A stretch of DNA of 14,429 nucleotides from Pseudobacteriovorax sp. (GTDB lineage: Bacteria; Bdellovibrionota_B; Oligoflexia; Oligoflexales; Oligoflexaceae), in the NCBI GenBank assembly GCA_050293845.1, contig JBNKNM010000140.1, forward strand, positions 1 to 14,429. Reading direction: 5' to 3'. The notes beneath the pieces were generated by a model that saw only the letters and a list, made by a program, of their open reading frames with translations, was not told the DNA's origin and searched no databases. Each line of letters starts with the position of its first letter. Position 1 is the stretch's first letter. The position numbers were made by a program, and so were the translations under genes. Below, piece by piece: positions 1 to 6,377 of this stretch.

Positions 1-70
1 TTCGATGCTCGCCGCAGGGCTTCTCCATTCCTCCCGGCCCTAAAGAGACCGGGTTTCCTGGAGAAGTTTG
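1..70 (-). mobile_element. Left end of an IS200/IS605-family element; the body extends left out of the window
   Basis: The minus strand reads TCAT|CAAACTTCTCCAG-GAAA-CCCGGTCTCTTTAGGGCCGGG-AGGAATGGAGAAG. It shows a subterminal hairpin with TTTA loop (33-53), guide tetranucleotide GAAA at its 5' foot (54-57), candidate target TCAT just outside (71-74) and an outer 8-bp inverted repeat CTTCTCCA/TGGAGAAG (20-27/59-66). GAAA/TCAT fits the IS608 guide-to-cleavage-site pairing rule. No tnpA or tnpB is visible in the window. Confidence 0.75.
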
Positions 71-565
71 ATGAAATATCTTCAATCCCCCCGATGCCGG
101 CTTAGATCTTTCTATCTCAGTGATTTTCAATGGCTTTGCGATTTGATGACAAACCCCAGAGTCATGCAATTCACAGGGTTCGGCGAGGTTAAAGAGGCAC
201 CTTTTATAGAAGAACATTTAAAGTCCTTAATTCAACAAAAAGATGAAGAACTGGGGATCTGGGCCTTAGCTAACCAGGAAAATGAGCTGATCGGCTGGTT
301 TATGCTTAAAGAAACGGGGTTTCTTGTTCCAGAAATAGGCTTCATGATCAGGGAGCACTTTTGGGGACAGGGATTTGCCTATGAAGCTTGTAAATCTCTT
401 TTGGATTACTGGCGCGATTGTTTGATCTCTGAACGAGTCATAGCACGCTGCAATACCGTGAATGTAGCTTCAATTAAAGTGCTCACCAAAAGTGGCTTCA
501 ACATTTTCAAAACAGAGGATGATATCTTATGGTGGGAAACCTGGAAATCTAAGACTCCTTATTAA
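71..565 (+). CDS. GNAT family N-acetyltransferase, RimJ/RimL-like
   Basis: Motifs RCRLR, IGW, EIGFMIREHFWGQGFAYEA (acetyl-CoA motif A) and NVASIKVLTKSGF. ATG at 71 has GGAGAAG just upstream and is preferred over TTG at 68. Confidence 0.92.
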   Translation: MKYLQSPRCRLRSFYLSDFQWLCDLMTNPRVMQFTGFGEVKEAPFIEEHLKSLIQQKDEELGIWALANQENELIGWFMLKETGFLVPEIGFMIREHFWGQGFAYEACKSLLDYWRDCLISERVIARCNTVNVASIKVLTKSGFNIFKTEDDILWWETWKSKTPY

Positions 566-775
566 CTCCGAAAACCTGTTTTTTTTGCATCATCCCATAA
601 CTACAATAGAAACAGAGTAGGCTAAATTGGCTGTCATAATCTAGATCGACGCTCCTAGTTCTATTTGTACTCCACCAGAGTACGATATCTTACCTAAAAT
701 ATAAGATTTTCATAACGCTCACGTCTAGCTTCTGCTTTATTAACCTCGTCTTTAAACGAACAGAAGGAATGAGAT

Positions 776-1171
776 ATGAGAATTAAAGGACTATTCTTTG
801 GACTATTAGTGAGTGCGTCAGCTTCAGCTTCAGCTTATGGAGTCAATAGTAGTGACTGCGGAAACCTTCAGTTTCGTTGTACCACTGATTATGCCCCTGC
901 AACATGTACGATTGGTGATTCAGGTGTCTTGGTACATGGAAGCAACGACTGTGTTGCATTGCAGAAAGCCTTCCGGATAAGCTGCTCGGCGAAAGGCGAG
1001 CTAGCCGATCAAGAAATTAGCTGTGAAACAGACCCTGACTGGCGCTTCTTTGATTTCGGAAACAATCTGTGTCCAGTATTTATGCCTCCTCACCCAGACT
1101 TCTGTGCTGACGGTACCATTGTTGTAGATCAAGATGATAACGGTTGTAACCTACCACCGCGCTGTGTTTAA
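776..1171 (+). CDS. Secreted 10-cysteine protein with a Kazal-like domain and a C-terminal 4-Cys module; possible protease inhibitor
   Basis: SD AAGGA; signal peptide ending ASA; CTTDYAPATC...SNDC...C...C resembles the Kazal pattern; C-terminal CPVFMPPHPDFCADG...DDNGCNLPPRC. The CDS is well supported, the function is tentative. Confidence 0.75.
   Translation: MRIKGLFFGLLVSASASASAYGVNSSDCGNLQFRCTTDYAPATCTIGDSGVLVHGSNDCVALQKAFRISCSAKGELADQEISCETDPDWRFFDFGNNLCPVFMPPHPDFCADGTIVVDQDDNGCNLPPRCV
818..835 (+). repeat. In-frame hexamer tandem repeat (TCAGCT)x3 encoding SASASA in the signal peptide
   Basis: Seen directly in the sequence. Confidence 0.7.
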
Positions 1172-1306
1172 TTAAGGCTCGTGAAAATTAAAATTTCGTT
1201 CAAACGGTTGGATATCTTTGCATATCTTATAATCTTAGCGAAAGTGAGAAATCTGTTCAGCATGAACATACTCTAAGTATCTATAATCTTGGAGTAAAAT
1301 CTACTA

Positions 1307-1328
1307 AAGTGGGCAGGAATGCCCATTT
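1307..1328 (+). promoter_or_regulatory. Stem-loop with GGAA loop (weak terminator or leader hairpin)
   Basis: AAGTGGGCA-GGAA-TGCCCATTT forms 9 bp with one G-U pair and is followed immediately by an ATG at 1329. Confidence 0.45.
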
Positions 1329-1421
1329 ATGAAAACACAATTACATGTCAACAGTTGACGAGCGCTCATGTTGTACTTAGAACGTCCTTGAAATTATAGA
1401 CGTTTATAGGTTGACATAGCT

Positions 1422-2267
1422 ATGAAAGTTACTACTTCGATTCTGCTTAATCACAATGGCCTTGATGCTCTTGAAAAACTGATTGCACTGAAAAAATTAG
1501 AAAACTCGAAATTTTCTAAGAACTATATTGCTAAGAAAATAGGTTTACGTTCGCGTTCATATTTGACTGATATATTTAAGGGACGAAAAAAACTTGCTGC
1601 CAAGTATATTAACCCAGTTATCAGTACTCTTAATCTTGCAGTCAATGAATCTCTCTTTTTGGAAAAGAAGCTTTTATTAGAAACTGAATTTGCTAAACCT
1701 AAGAATGTATACTGTCAAATTGAAGGTGAATTGAAAATATTAGAGAAAAATCTAAAATATCAAACTATGGACATGGACAACGGTAGTGATATTTTTACTC
1801 TATCCTTAGTCTATCTTAGTTTCTTTTTATTTGAAGACAGAACAGTTTCATTCAGGGAGCTGCTGCGAACATTCGATGAAATCCCTGCAGCAACTATAGA
1901 AGGAACCCTACACGAGCTTATCAAAAAAGAGTTGATTCAAGCAGATAATGATAAATATCGAATTAATCCTGAGAATGATTTTTCTTTTCTAAAAGCCAAT
2001 TACGATATAGTTCAAGAAATAAAGTTTTTGAAGCAAACGATTATTGATAGTGAGCGCAATCTTTTTCTGCTAAAGGAAAGTCGAGATGAAGTAGTATTTC
2101 ACAGCTCCCTTCTTACAGTTAAAAAGTCAGACTATGAATCTAAATTAAAAAAGATTCGAGAAGATCTTCGCAAGATGCATTGTGAAATTGAGGATGAAAA
2201 TCCCGATACCATGGTTCGATTCAATGTTCAAGTTTTTCCAGTTTTTCAAAATAAGGAGTCAAAATGA
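1422..2267 (+). CDS. TIGR02147 family protein (N-terminal HTH, C-terminal DUF4423-like domain); putative DNA-binding regulator
   Basis: FSKNYIAKKIGLRSRSYLTDIFKGRKKL matches the family N-terminal HTH; winged-helix-like TLHELIKKELI; C-terminal VRFNVQVFPV signature; 281 aa is typical. Confidence 0.85.
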   Translation: MKVTTSILLNHNGLDALEKLIALKKLENSKFSKNYIAKKIGLRSRSYLTDIFKGRKKLAAKYINPVISTLNLAVNESLFLEKKLLLETEFAKPKNVYCQIEGELKILEKNLKYQTMDMDNGSDIFTLSLVYLSFFLFEDRTVSFRELLRTFDEIPAATIEGTLHELIKKELIQADNDKYRINPENDFSFLKANYDIVQEIKFLKQTIIDSERNLFLLKESRDEVVFHSSLLTVKKSDYESKLKKIREDLRKMHCEIEDENPDTMVRFNVQVFPVFQNKESK

Positions 2268-2815
2268 AAACACTTAATAGAGTGTTCCTTGGGCTATCAT
2301 TAGTTTCGAGTTCTGTAAGTTTGTTTGGGCAAGATTTTGACGACACGGCCATAGATATTCTGATTGAACCCGTCGATCCTACTGAAGAGGAGATTTCACA
2401 TTGGGAAGAGTTCGAAGCTATGATTGCCAATGTCGATGTAAAGTACCGCTCATATTTTGAAAAACCACAAGTTTTCGCAATCTCCAAGACAAAATATATT
2501 GTTGGTATTGAGAAGGTGGAACTGGGGTCTAGAACCTGTGTTTTTGCAGTGAATGTCCCAAGCTATATCCCAATGGGGGACACTGTTGAGGGACCTTTTC
2601 AATCCATATATCACTGTGACGATATAAACAAGATTCATGCTAATTCCATCGTTACAATGAGAATTCGCCCAGAAGTAGGAGGCGGGACTCTTCCTGGTAT
2701 CGATATTGGTAATCTTGATACTGAGAATCAAACAGCGGAGTGGGATCGAGAAACTTTAGAGCGTCCTACTGAACTACATATCAATATGACTTATCTTCCT
2801 CTTCGTAAATTTTAA
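2264..2815 (+). CDS. Secreted acidic hypothetical protein, translationally coupled to the TIGR02147 gene
   Basis: ATGA start/stop overlap at 2264-2267; SD AAGGAG at 2253-2258; signal peptide MKTLNRVFLGLSLVSSSVSLFG; two Cys; followed by a terminator. Confidence 0.85.
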   Translation: MKTLNRVFLGLSLVSSSVSLFGQDFDDTAIDILIEPVDPTEEEISHWEEFEAMIANVDVKYRSYFEKPQVFAISKTKYIVGIEKVELGSRTCVFAVNVPSYIPMGDTVEGPFQSIYHCDDINKIHANSIVTMRIRPEVGGGTLPGIDIGNLDTENQTAEWDRETLERPTELHINMTYLPLRKF

Positions 2816-2821
2816 TTAACT

Positions 2822-2846
2822 AGAAGGGGCTTCGGTCCTTTTTGTT
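2822..2846 (+). terminator. Rho-independent terminator
   Basis: AAGGGGC-TTCG-GTCCTTT stem with a C(UUCG)G tetraloop and T-rich tail, directly after the stop at 2815. Confidence 0.8.
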
Positions 2847-2853
2847 AATTCTA

Positions 2854-2902
2854 AGGTAGGAAGTGTTCACTTTATCCCCCGACGAAGGGTCACTTCCTAC
2901 CT
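2854..2902. repeat. Extragenic palindrome with perfect 12-bp arms (GTAG...CTAC, REP-like)
   Basis: AGGTAGGAAGTG (2854-2865) and CACTTCCTACCT (2891-2902) flank a 25-nt partly paired spacer; no U-tract on either strand. Confidence 0.65.
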
Positions 2903-2915
2903 GTCTCAATTCTGG

Positions 2916-3413
2916 CTATTTAAATAAACTCAAGAACTTGCCATAACCTTTCTCAGCCATTTTTTCTTTTGGAATGAATTTTAATGCAGCAGAATTAATA
3001 CAGTAACGCAAACCTGTTGGCTGGGGACCATCGTTAAAAAGATGACCTAAGTGAGAATTTGCCTGTTTGGAGCGCACTTCCGTTCTGGTCATAAAAAGCT
3101 TTTTGTCCACTTTTTCAACAATATTATCAGCAACAATCGGTTTCCAAAACGATGGCCATCCGGTTCCAGATTTATATTTATGAGTGGAGCTAAAGAGTGG
3201 CTCCCCTGAAACAATATCAACATAGATACCAGCTTGCTTATTATCCCAATATTCGTTTTTAAAAGGCTTTTCTGTGCCATCCTCCTGAGTCACATAGTAC
3301 TGGAGTTCTGAGAGTTTTTTCTTAAGTTCCGCTTTTGACAAGCTTTTTCCCAAAAGTGGCGACGATGATATACCTAGTATTATTAGGATTTTTTTACATA
3401 CTCCAAAGTTCAT
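2916..3413 (-). CDS. msrB: Peptide-methionine (R)-S-oxide reductase MsrB with N-terminal signal peptide
   Basis: [54 protein letters not shown]. Confidence 0.97.
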   Translation of the reverse strand: MNFGVCKKILIILGISSSPLLGKSLSKAELKKKLSELQYYVTQEDGTEKPFKNEYWDNKQAGIYVDIVSGEPLFSSTHKYKSGTGWPSFWKPIVADNIVEKVDKKLFMTRTEVRSKQANSHLGHLFNDGPQPTGLRYCINSAALKFIPKEKMAEKGYGKFLSLFK

Positions 3414-3468
3414 GACTTCTCCATCTGAAGTTTCTTAGCTTTGTAATTCGCTTTAGACCACTAAACAG

Positions 3469-3777
3469 TTACAATAAAGATTTCAAAGTGAGTATCTCGG
3501 CGGCTCCCCCTAAGCCCATTATATTATAGGTAATTTCACAGACTAAGATCTTACTTAAGTGAAATTCTGGTGCCAGCATAAACTCCTCAGCATGGGCTAT
3601 CTCATAATCTAAGTCTTCAATAAAAGGATGAAAAGAGGAGTATGTCATGACTTCAGCTGAGATCGCCTTGTACTCAAAAGGCAGCCTGAATCCCCAGAGC
3701 CGGCTCAGTAGCAATTCTGGGAATGAAAACTTGCCAGTCTGAAAATGTAGCATTATCGATTTCAGATAGTAAGGCAT
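3469..3777 (-). CDS. Hypothetical protein, possibly the remnant of a longer gene starting at 3871
   Basis: 102-aa ORF filling the gap upstream of msrB, with no SD at its own ATG and no recognisable motif. Confidence 0.35.
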   Translation of the reverse strand: MPYYLKSIMLHFQTGKFSFPELLLSRLWGFRLPFEYKAISAEVMTYSSFHPFIEDLDYEIAHAEEFMLAPEFHLSKILVCEITYNIMGLGGAAEILTLKSLL

Positions 3778-3871
3778 AGTTAGGAGGAGGCCCTCGAGCG
3801 GTGGTGGTGCTACTTAGATCACAGGTAGACACCCATAAGCCAAGTGAAAAAACACATAACCCTTTACACAT

Positions 3872-3905
3872 AAAACTTCCCCTGTATTGTCAAACGAAGG
3901 GGAAG
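3872..3905 (-). terminator. Hairpin plus U-tract; probable terminator for the 3962-4090 transcript
   Basis: Minus strand CTTCCCCT-N14-AGGGGAAG-TTTT (arms 3876-3883 and 3898-3905). Confidence 0.55.
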
Positions 3906-3911
3906 CGCAGT

Positions 3912-3942
3912 ATGGTGGTTAACAGTCGGCAGCAACCACCAT
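3912..3942. other. Stem-loop with perfect 9-bp arms
   Basis: ATGGTGGTT (3912-3920) and AACCACCAT (3934-3942). Confidence 0.6.
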
Positions 3943-3961
3943 TATGTTTAGAAATTATACA

Positions 3962-4090
3962 CTAAAATAAGAAGGAGCTATGGACTTTTGATTTTTCAAG
4001 ATCCTCTGTTTTTTCACTACTCTCTTCTGGATAAATTACTGACCAGCTATCGTCTAGGCGATATTTTTTCTTTTGCTTTTTGGTTTGCAT
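3962..4090 (-). CDS. Unannotated small protein, 42 aa (MQTKKQKKKYRLDDSWSVIYPEESSEKTEDLEKSKVHSSFLF)
   Basis: Translated by hand. SD GAGGG 7 nt before the ATG, sigma54-type promoter about 40 nt upstream, hairpins downstream. Confidence 0.65.
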   Translation of the reverse strand: MQTKKQKKKYRLDDSWSVIYPEESSEKTEDLEKSKVHSSFLF

Positions 4091-4130
4091 CTTGGTTCCC
4101 TCGATTCGTCAACACGTTGATTTGACTCTA

Positions 4131-4147
4131 TGCAAATCGAGAGCCAA
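4131..4147 (-). promoter_or_regulatory. sigma54 (RpoN) -24/-12 promoter
   Basis: TTGGCTCTCGATTTGCA: GG-N10-GC with TTGGC and TTGCA; predicted start site near 4120. Confidence 0.75.
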
Positions 4148-4229
4148 GAATCATCTTATTTATAATAAGGCATTAATGGGTGAGGAATGTCTAAACATCG
4201 GCTAGTGCAAGAAGATTAGGCAGTAAAAG

Positions 4230-5600
4230 TCAAGAAGCATTCTGCTTGTCGCTAATTTTTGCTTGTTTGATTTCTAAACGTTTGCGTTCAGATTCAGCAT
4301 AGCAATTTGGTAAACTATCAGTCTTTTCCTGGAGTTTACATAAGCTGGTACCAATATAGTAATAGTTCAGGATTTGATCGTAAGTCCAACCCTGCTCTCC
4401 CGCGAGAATTGCAGCTCCTTGCTGACTCATACCGACACCGTGTCCGCTACCAAGCCCTTTAATTTCTACAAAGCCTGAATCAATATTTACTTCTAAGGCA
4501 AACAGAGTAGACGGTAATCGACCCGCCGCTTTCTTAAAGGTCTCAACAGGTATGTTTTTAAATTGATTTTCACCTTTTAACCGTAGGGTTACCACCCTCA
4601 CCCTGCCGCTTTCAGACCTTCCAGCAATGGGTACAGCGACCCCTACTAGCTTTTGGTGGCGACCCAATACTCCAAAATTACTGAGCTTGCTAGCAATATG
4701 TTTGAGAGGAACTTCTTTCCTCCAAGCCGATTCAGAAATATCAAAATCAAAAGCCTCTTTTCGGCCCTGCACATAGGGGATGTCGAAATTCCAAACATTG
4801 ACGGCATCCTCAGTTTGTCCCCCACTATCTGCATGATAATATGCCTGAATCACATCGGTCTTGTAGGTCAGAATTTGGCCAAGGGTACTTTCAACAGCAA
4901 AATTAGTGCGACGCGAGTTTAAGGACACTCCAGTATAGGCTTGGAAAGTAATGGAGTCGTCCACATCCCAAAAACGTTTAGATCGAAATCGGCGAGCATT
5001 ACTAATGTGAAAAACAGCATAAGTTCTAGCTGCGACAGCTTGAGTACGTAAGGTTTCGATTGGCCAACCAGAATAAACCTCAGATGGTACCACACCTTTC
5101 AGATACTGATTTAGGGAAACCATGTTGATAACTTCAAGATATTTTTCCCCTTGAGAATTTGTGCGCCCCCTCACATACAACTTCCCCGGGTAAGAAAAAT
5201 GAGGATTCTCAGACTCTCGAATCAAGGTGGCAGAGCTATTGCATTCAAGCCAAACGGGAGTTTTGAGAGTATCGGCACTAAAGCGAAAACTATTGCTGGT
5301 AGCAACTACTTTCCCTAACCTACCGGGCCTTGTACGCCTTCCTTGGTAGGAGCGACAACCTTTCTCAGCATGGATACTCAGTTGAGTTTTATTGCGATCT
5401 ATACCGTGGGGACGGTAATTTTTAAAATGTGGAAAGATTCTCACCCTGATCAAGCTTGTGGACTTGATCGGCATCCGACTATTTAATTCCAAACGGGCTT
5501 GTCGCGTTCTTTCCTGGATCATCGCCTCTACAGAACTAGTCCAAAAGACAGAAACGACCAGTACTGTTAAAGCGGTTATGGCTTGTATAAAGACTATCAA
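4230..5600 (-). CDS. SpoIID/LytB domain lytic transglycosylase, exported
   Basis: YLKGVVPSE (catalytic Glu), QAVAARTYA, FQAY, YYHADSGGQTE, GLGSGHGVGMSQQGA, YDQILNYYY. Start placed at TTG 5600 (SD GGAGG at 5611-5615, signal peptide ending VEA); GTG 5636 is the alternative. Confidence 0.93.
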   Translation of the reverse strand: MIVFIQAITALTVLVVSVFWTSSVEAMIQERTRQARLELNSRMPIKSTSLIRVRIFPHFKNYRPHGIDRNKTQLSIHAEKGCRSYQGRRTRPGRLGKVVATSNSFRFSADTLKTPVWLECNSSATLIRESENPHFSYPGKLYVRGRTNSQGEKYLEVINMVSLNQYLKGVVPSEVYSGWPIETLRTQAVAARTYAVFHISNARRFRSKRFWDVDDSITFQAYTGVSLNSRRTNFAVESTLGQILTYKTDVIQAYYHADSGGQTEDAVNVWNFDIPYVQGRKEAFDFDISESAWRKEVPLKHIASKLSNFGVLGRHQKLVGVAVPIAGRSESGRVRVVTLRLKGENQFKNIPVETFKKAAGRLPSTLFALEVNIDSGFVEIKGLGSGHGVGMSQQGAAILAGEQGWTYDQILNYYYIGTSLCKLQEKTDSLPNCYAESERKRLEIKQAKISDKQNAS

Positions 5601-5670
5601 CTTCCCGTATCCTCCAAAGTCGCACCTACATATCACTGTTGAAACCAGGATTCAAGACCCTATGGAATAT

Positions 5671-5687
5671 TGCATGTCAAATTCCAA
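5671..5687 (-). promoter_or_regulatory. Candidate sigma54 promoter for the SpoIID/LytB gene
   Basis: TTGGAATTTGACATGCA: GG-N10-GC, preceded by TTC as is the 4147 site; weaker match. Confidence 0.5.
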
Positions 5688-6069
5688 GAACACAAGCTTA
5701 TCCAATGAAAAATTACATTTCTTCAAACTATTGTTTTATCATTATATTCAAAAGCTTATAAAGATTTTTCCAAAAAATAGAACAGGTTCATACAAAACGA
5801 AATTTTTTTGTAAAAAGCTAAACTTTTGATAAGAAATACATTTTTTTCTTAAAAAGATTTTTTATATCTTTGAAATGACCGCGTTTTTCTTCCATAATTC
5901 CATCTACTTAATTTCACTATTTCATTGCACCGAACCCTCCCCTGGTTCTGGGGACATTGAAACTAATTTTTGCGTTTGAGCTTATATAGTCCCGCAAGTG
6001 ATATGGCTCACCCCAAACCAACAACTGTAGAATCAACCGCAGCCTGTATTAATAGAGGAGCTTAAGGCT

Positions 6070-6240
6070 ATGGAAGTATTCCTGTTTGTTGGTTTCTTGT
6101 ATATCTTCCATATTTCTTCAAATTGCTATGCGTCCATAGCCACGCCACACTTGTGTCGGGCTTATGCTCGGCACACCCACCCAACTTTCCTAAAAGTCAG
6201 ATCACATAGGGGGGCACAAATCATTGACTTTCCTACATAG
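6070..6240 (+). CDS. Unannotated small protein, 56 aa, hydrophobic N-terminus (MEVFLFVGFLYIFHISSNCYASIATPHLCRAYARHTHPTFLKVRSHRGAQIIDFPT)
   Basis: Translated by hand. Strong SD GAGGAG (6055-6060) 9 nt before the ATG; lies in an otherwise empty gap of about 770 bp. Confidence 0.55.
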   Translation: MEVFLFVGFLYIFHISSNCYASIATPHLCRAYARHTHPTFLKVRSHRGAQIIDFPT

Positions 6241-6326
6241 AAGTTCCAGCTCAAATTTGAAAACTCGCTTAGATCATTGCATATTTCTGGGCATATTTAC
6301 TATTGGCATTCAGCAAGTTGCTCTTA

Positions 6327-6343
6327 TTGGCCTTTAACTTGCA
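6327..6343 (+). promoter_or_regulatory. sigma54 -24/-12 promoter
   Basis: TTGGCCTTTAACTTGCA: GG-N10-GC; predicted start site near 6354, upstream of ATG 6378. Confidence 0.7.
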
Positions 6344-6377
6344 TGTTTATGGCAGGAAAAACTATCAAGAGCAATCT

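Noticed and set aside
2221..2731. Minus-strand ORFs 2221-2487 and 2450-2731
   Set aside because: Antisense shadows of the 2264-2815 gene, which has an SD, signal peptide and terminator.
3089..3280. 63-aa ORF inside msrB
   Set aside because: Alternate frame of a highly conserved gene; no SD or motif.
3876..3945. Possible c-di-GMP-I (GEMM) riboswitch in the two-hairpin region
   Set aside because: Lacks the GGCAAAC/GNRA P1 and ACGCAAAG junction; resemblance is superficial. An Infernal search with RF01051 would settle it.
3972..3991. AAGGAG followed by ATG GAC TTT TGA on the + strand
   Set aside because: Only three codons and antisense to the better-supported 42-aa ORF.
4195..4221. GCCGATGT sigma28-like -10 on the minus strand
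   Set aside because: No TAAA at 15-16 nt spacing.
4646..4922. ORFs 4646-4834 and 4653-4922
   Set aside because: Nested in the SpoIID/LytB gene with no independent signals.
5458..5829. 123-aa plus-strand ORF
   Set aside because: Overlaps the SpoIID/LytB 5' end and promoter antisense, then runs through low-complexity AT-rich DNA.
6303..6377. N-terminal extension from TTG 6303
   Set aside because: Contains the sigma54-type promoter; the signal peptide begins at ATG 6378.
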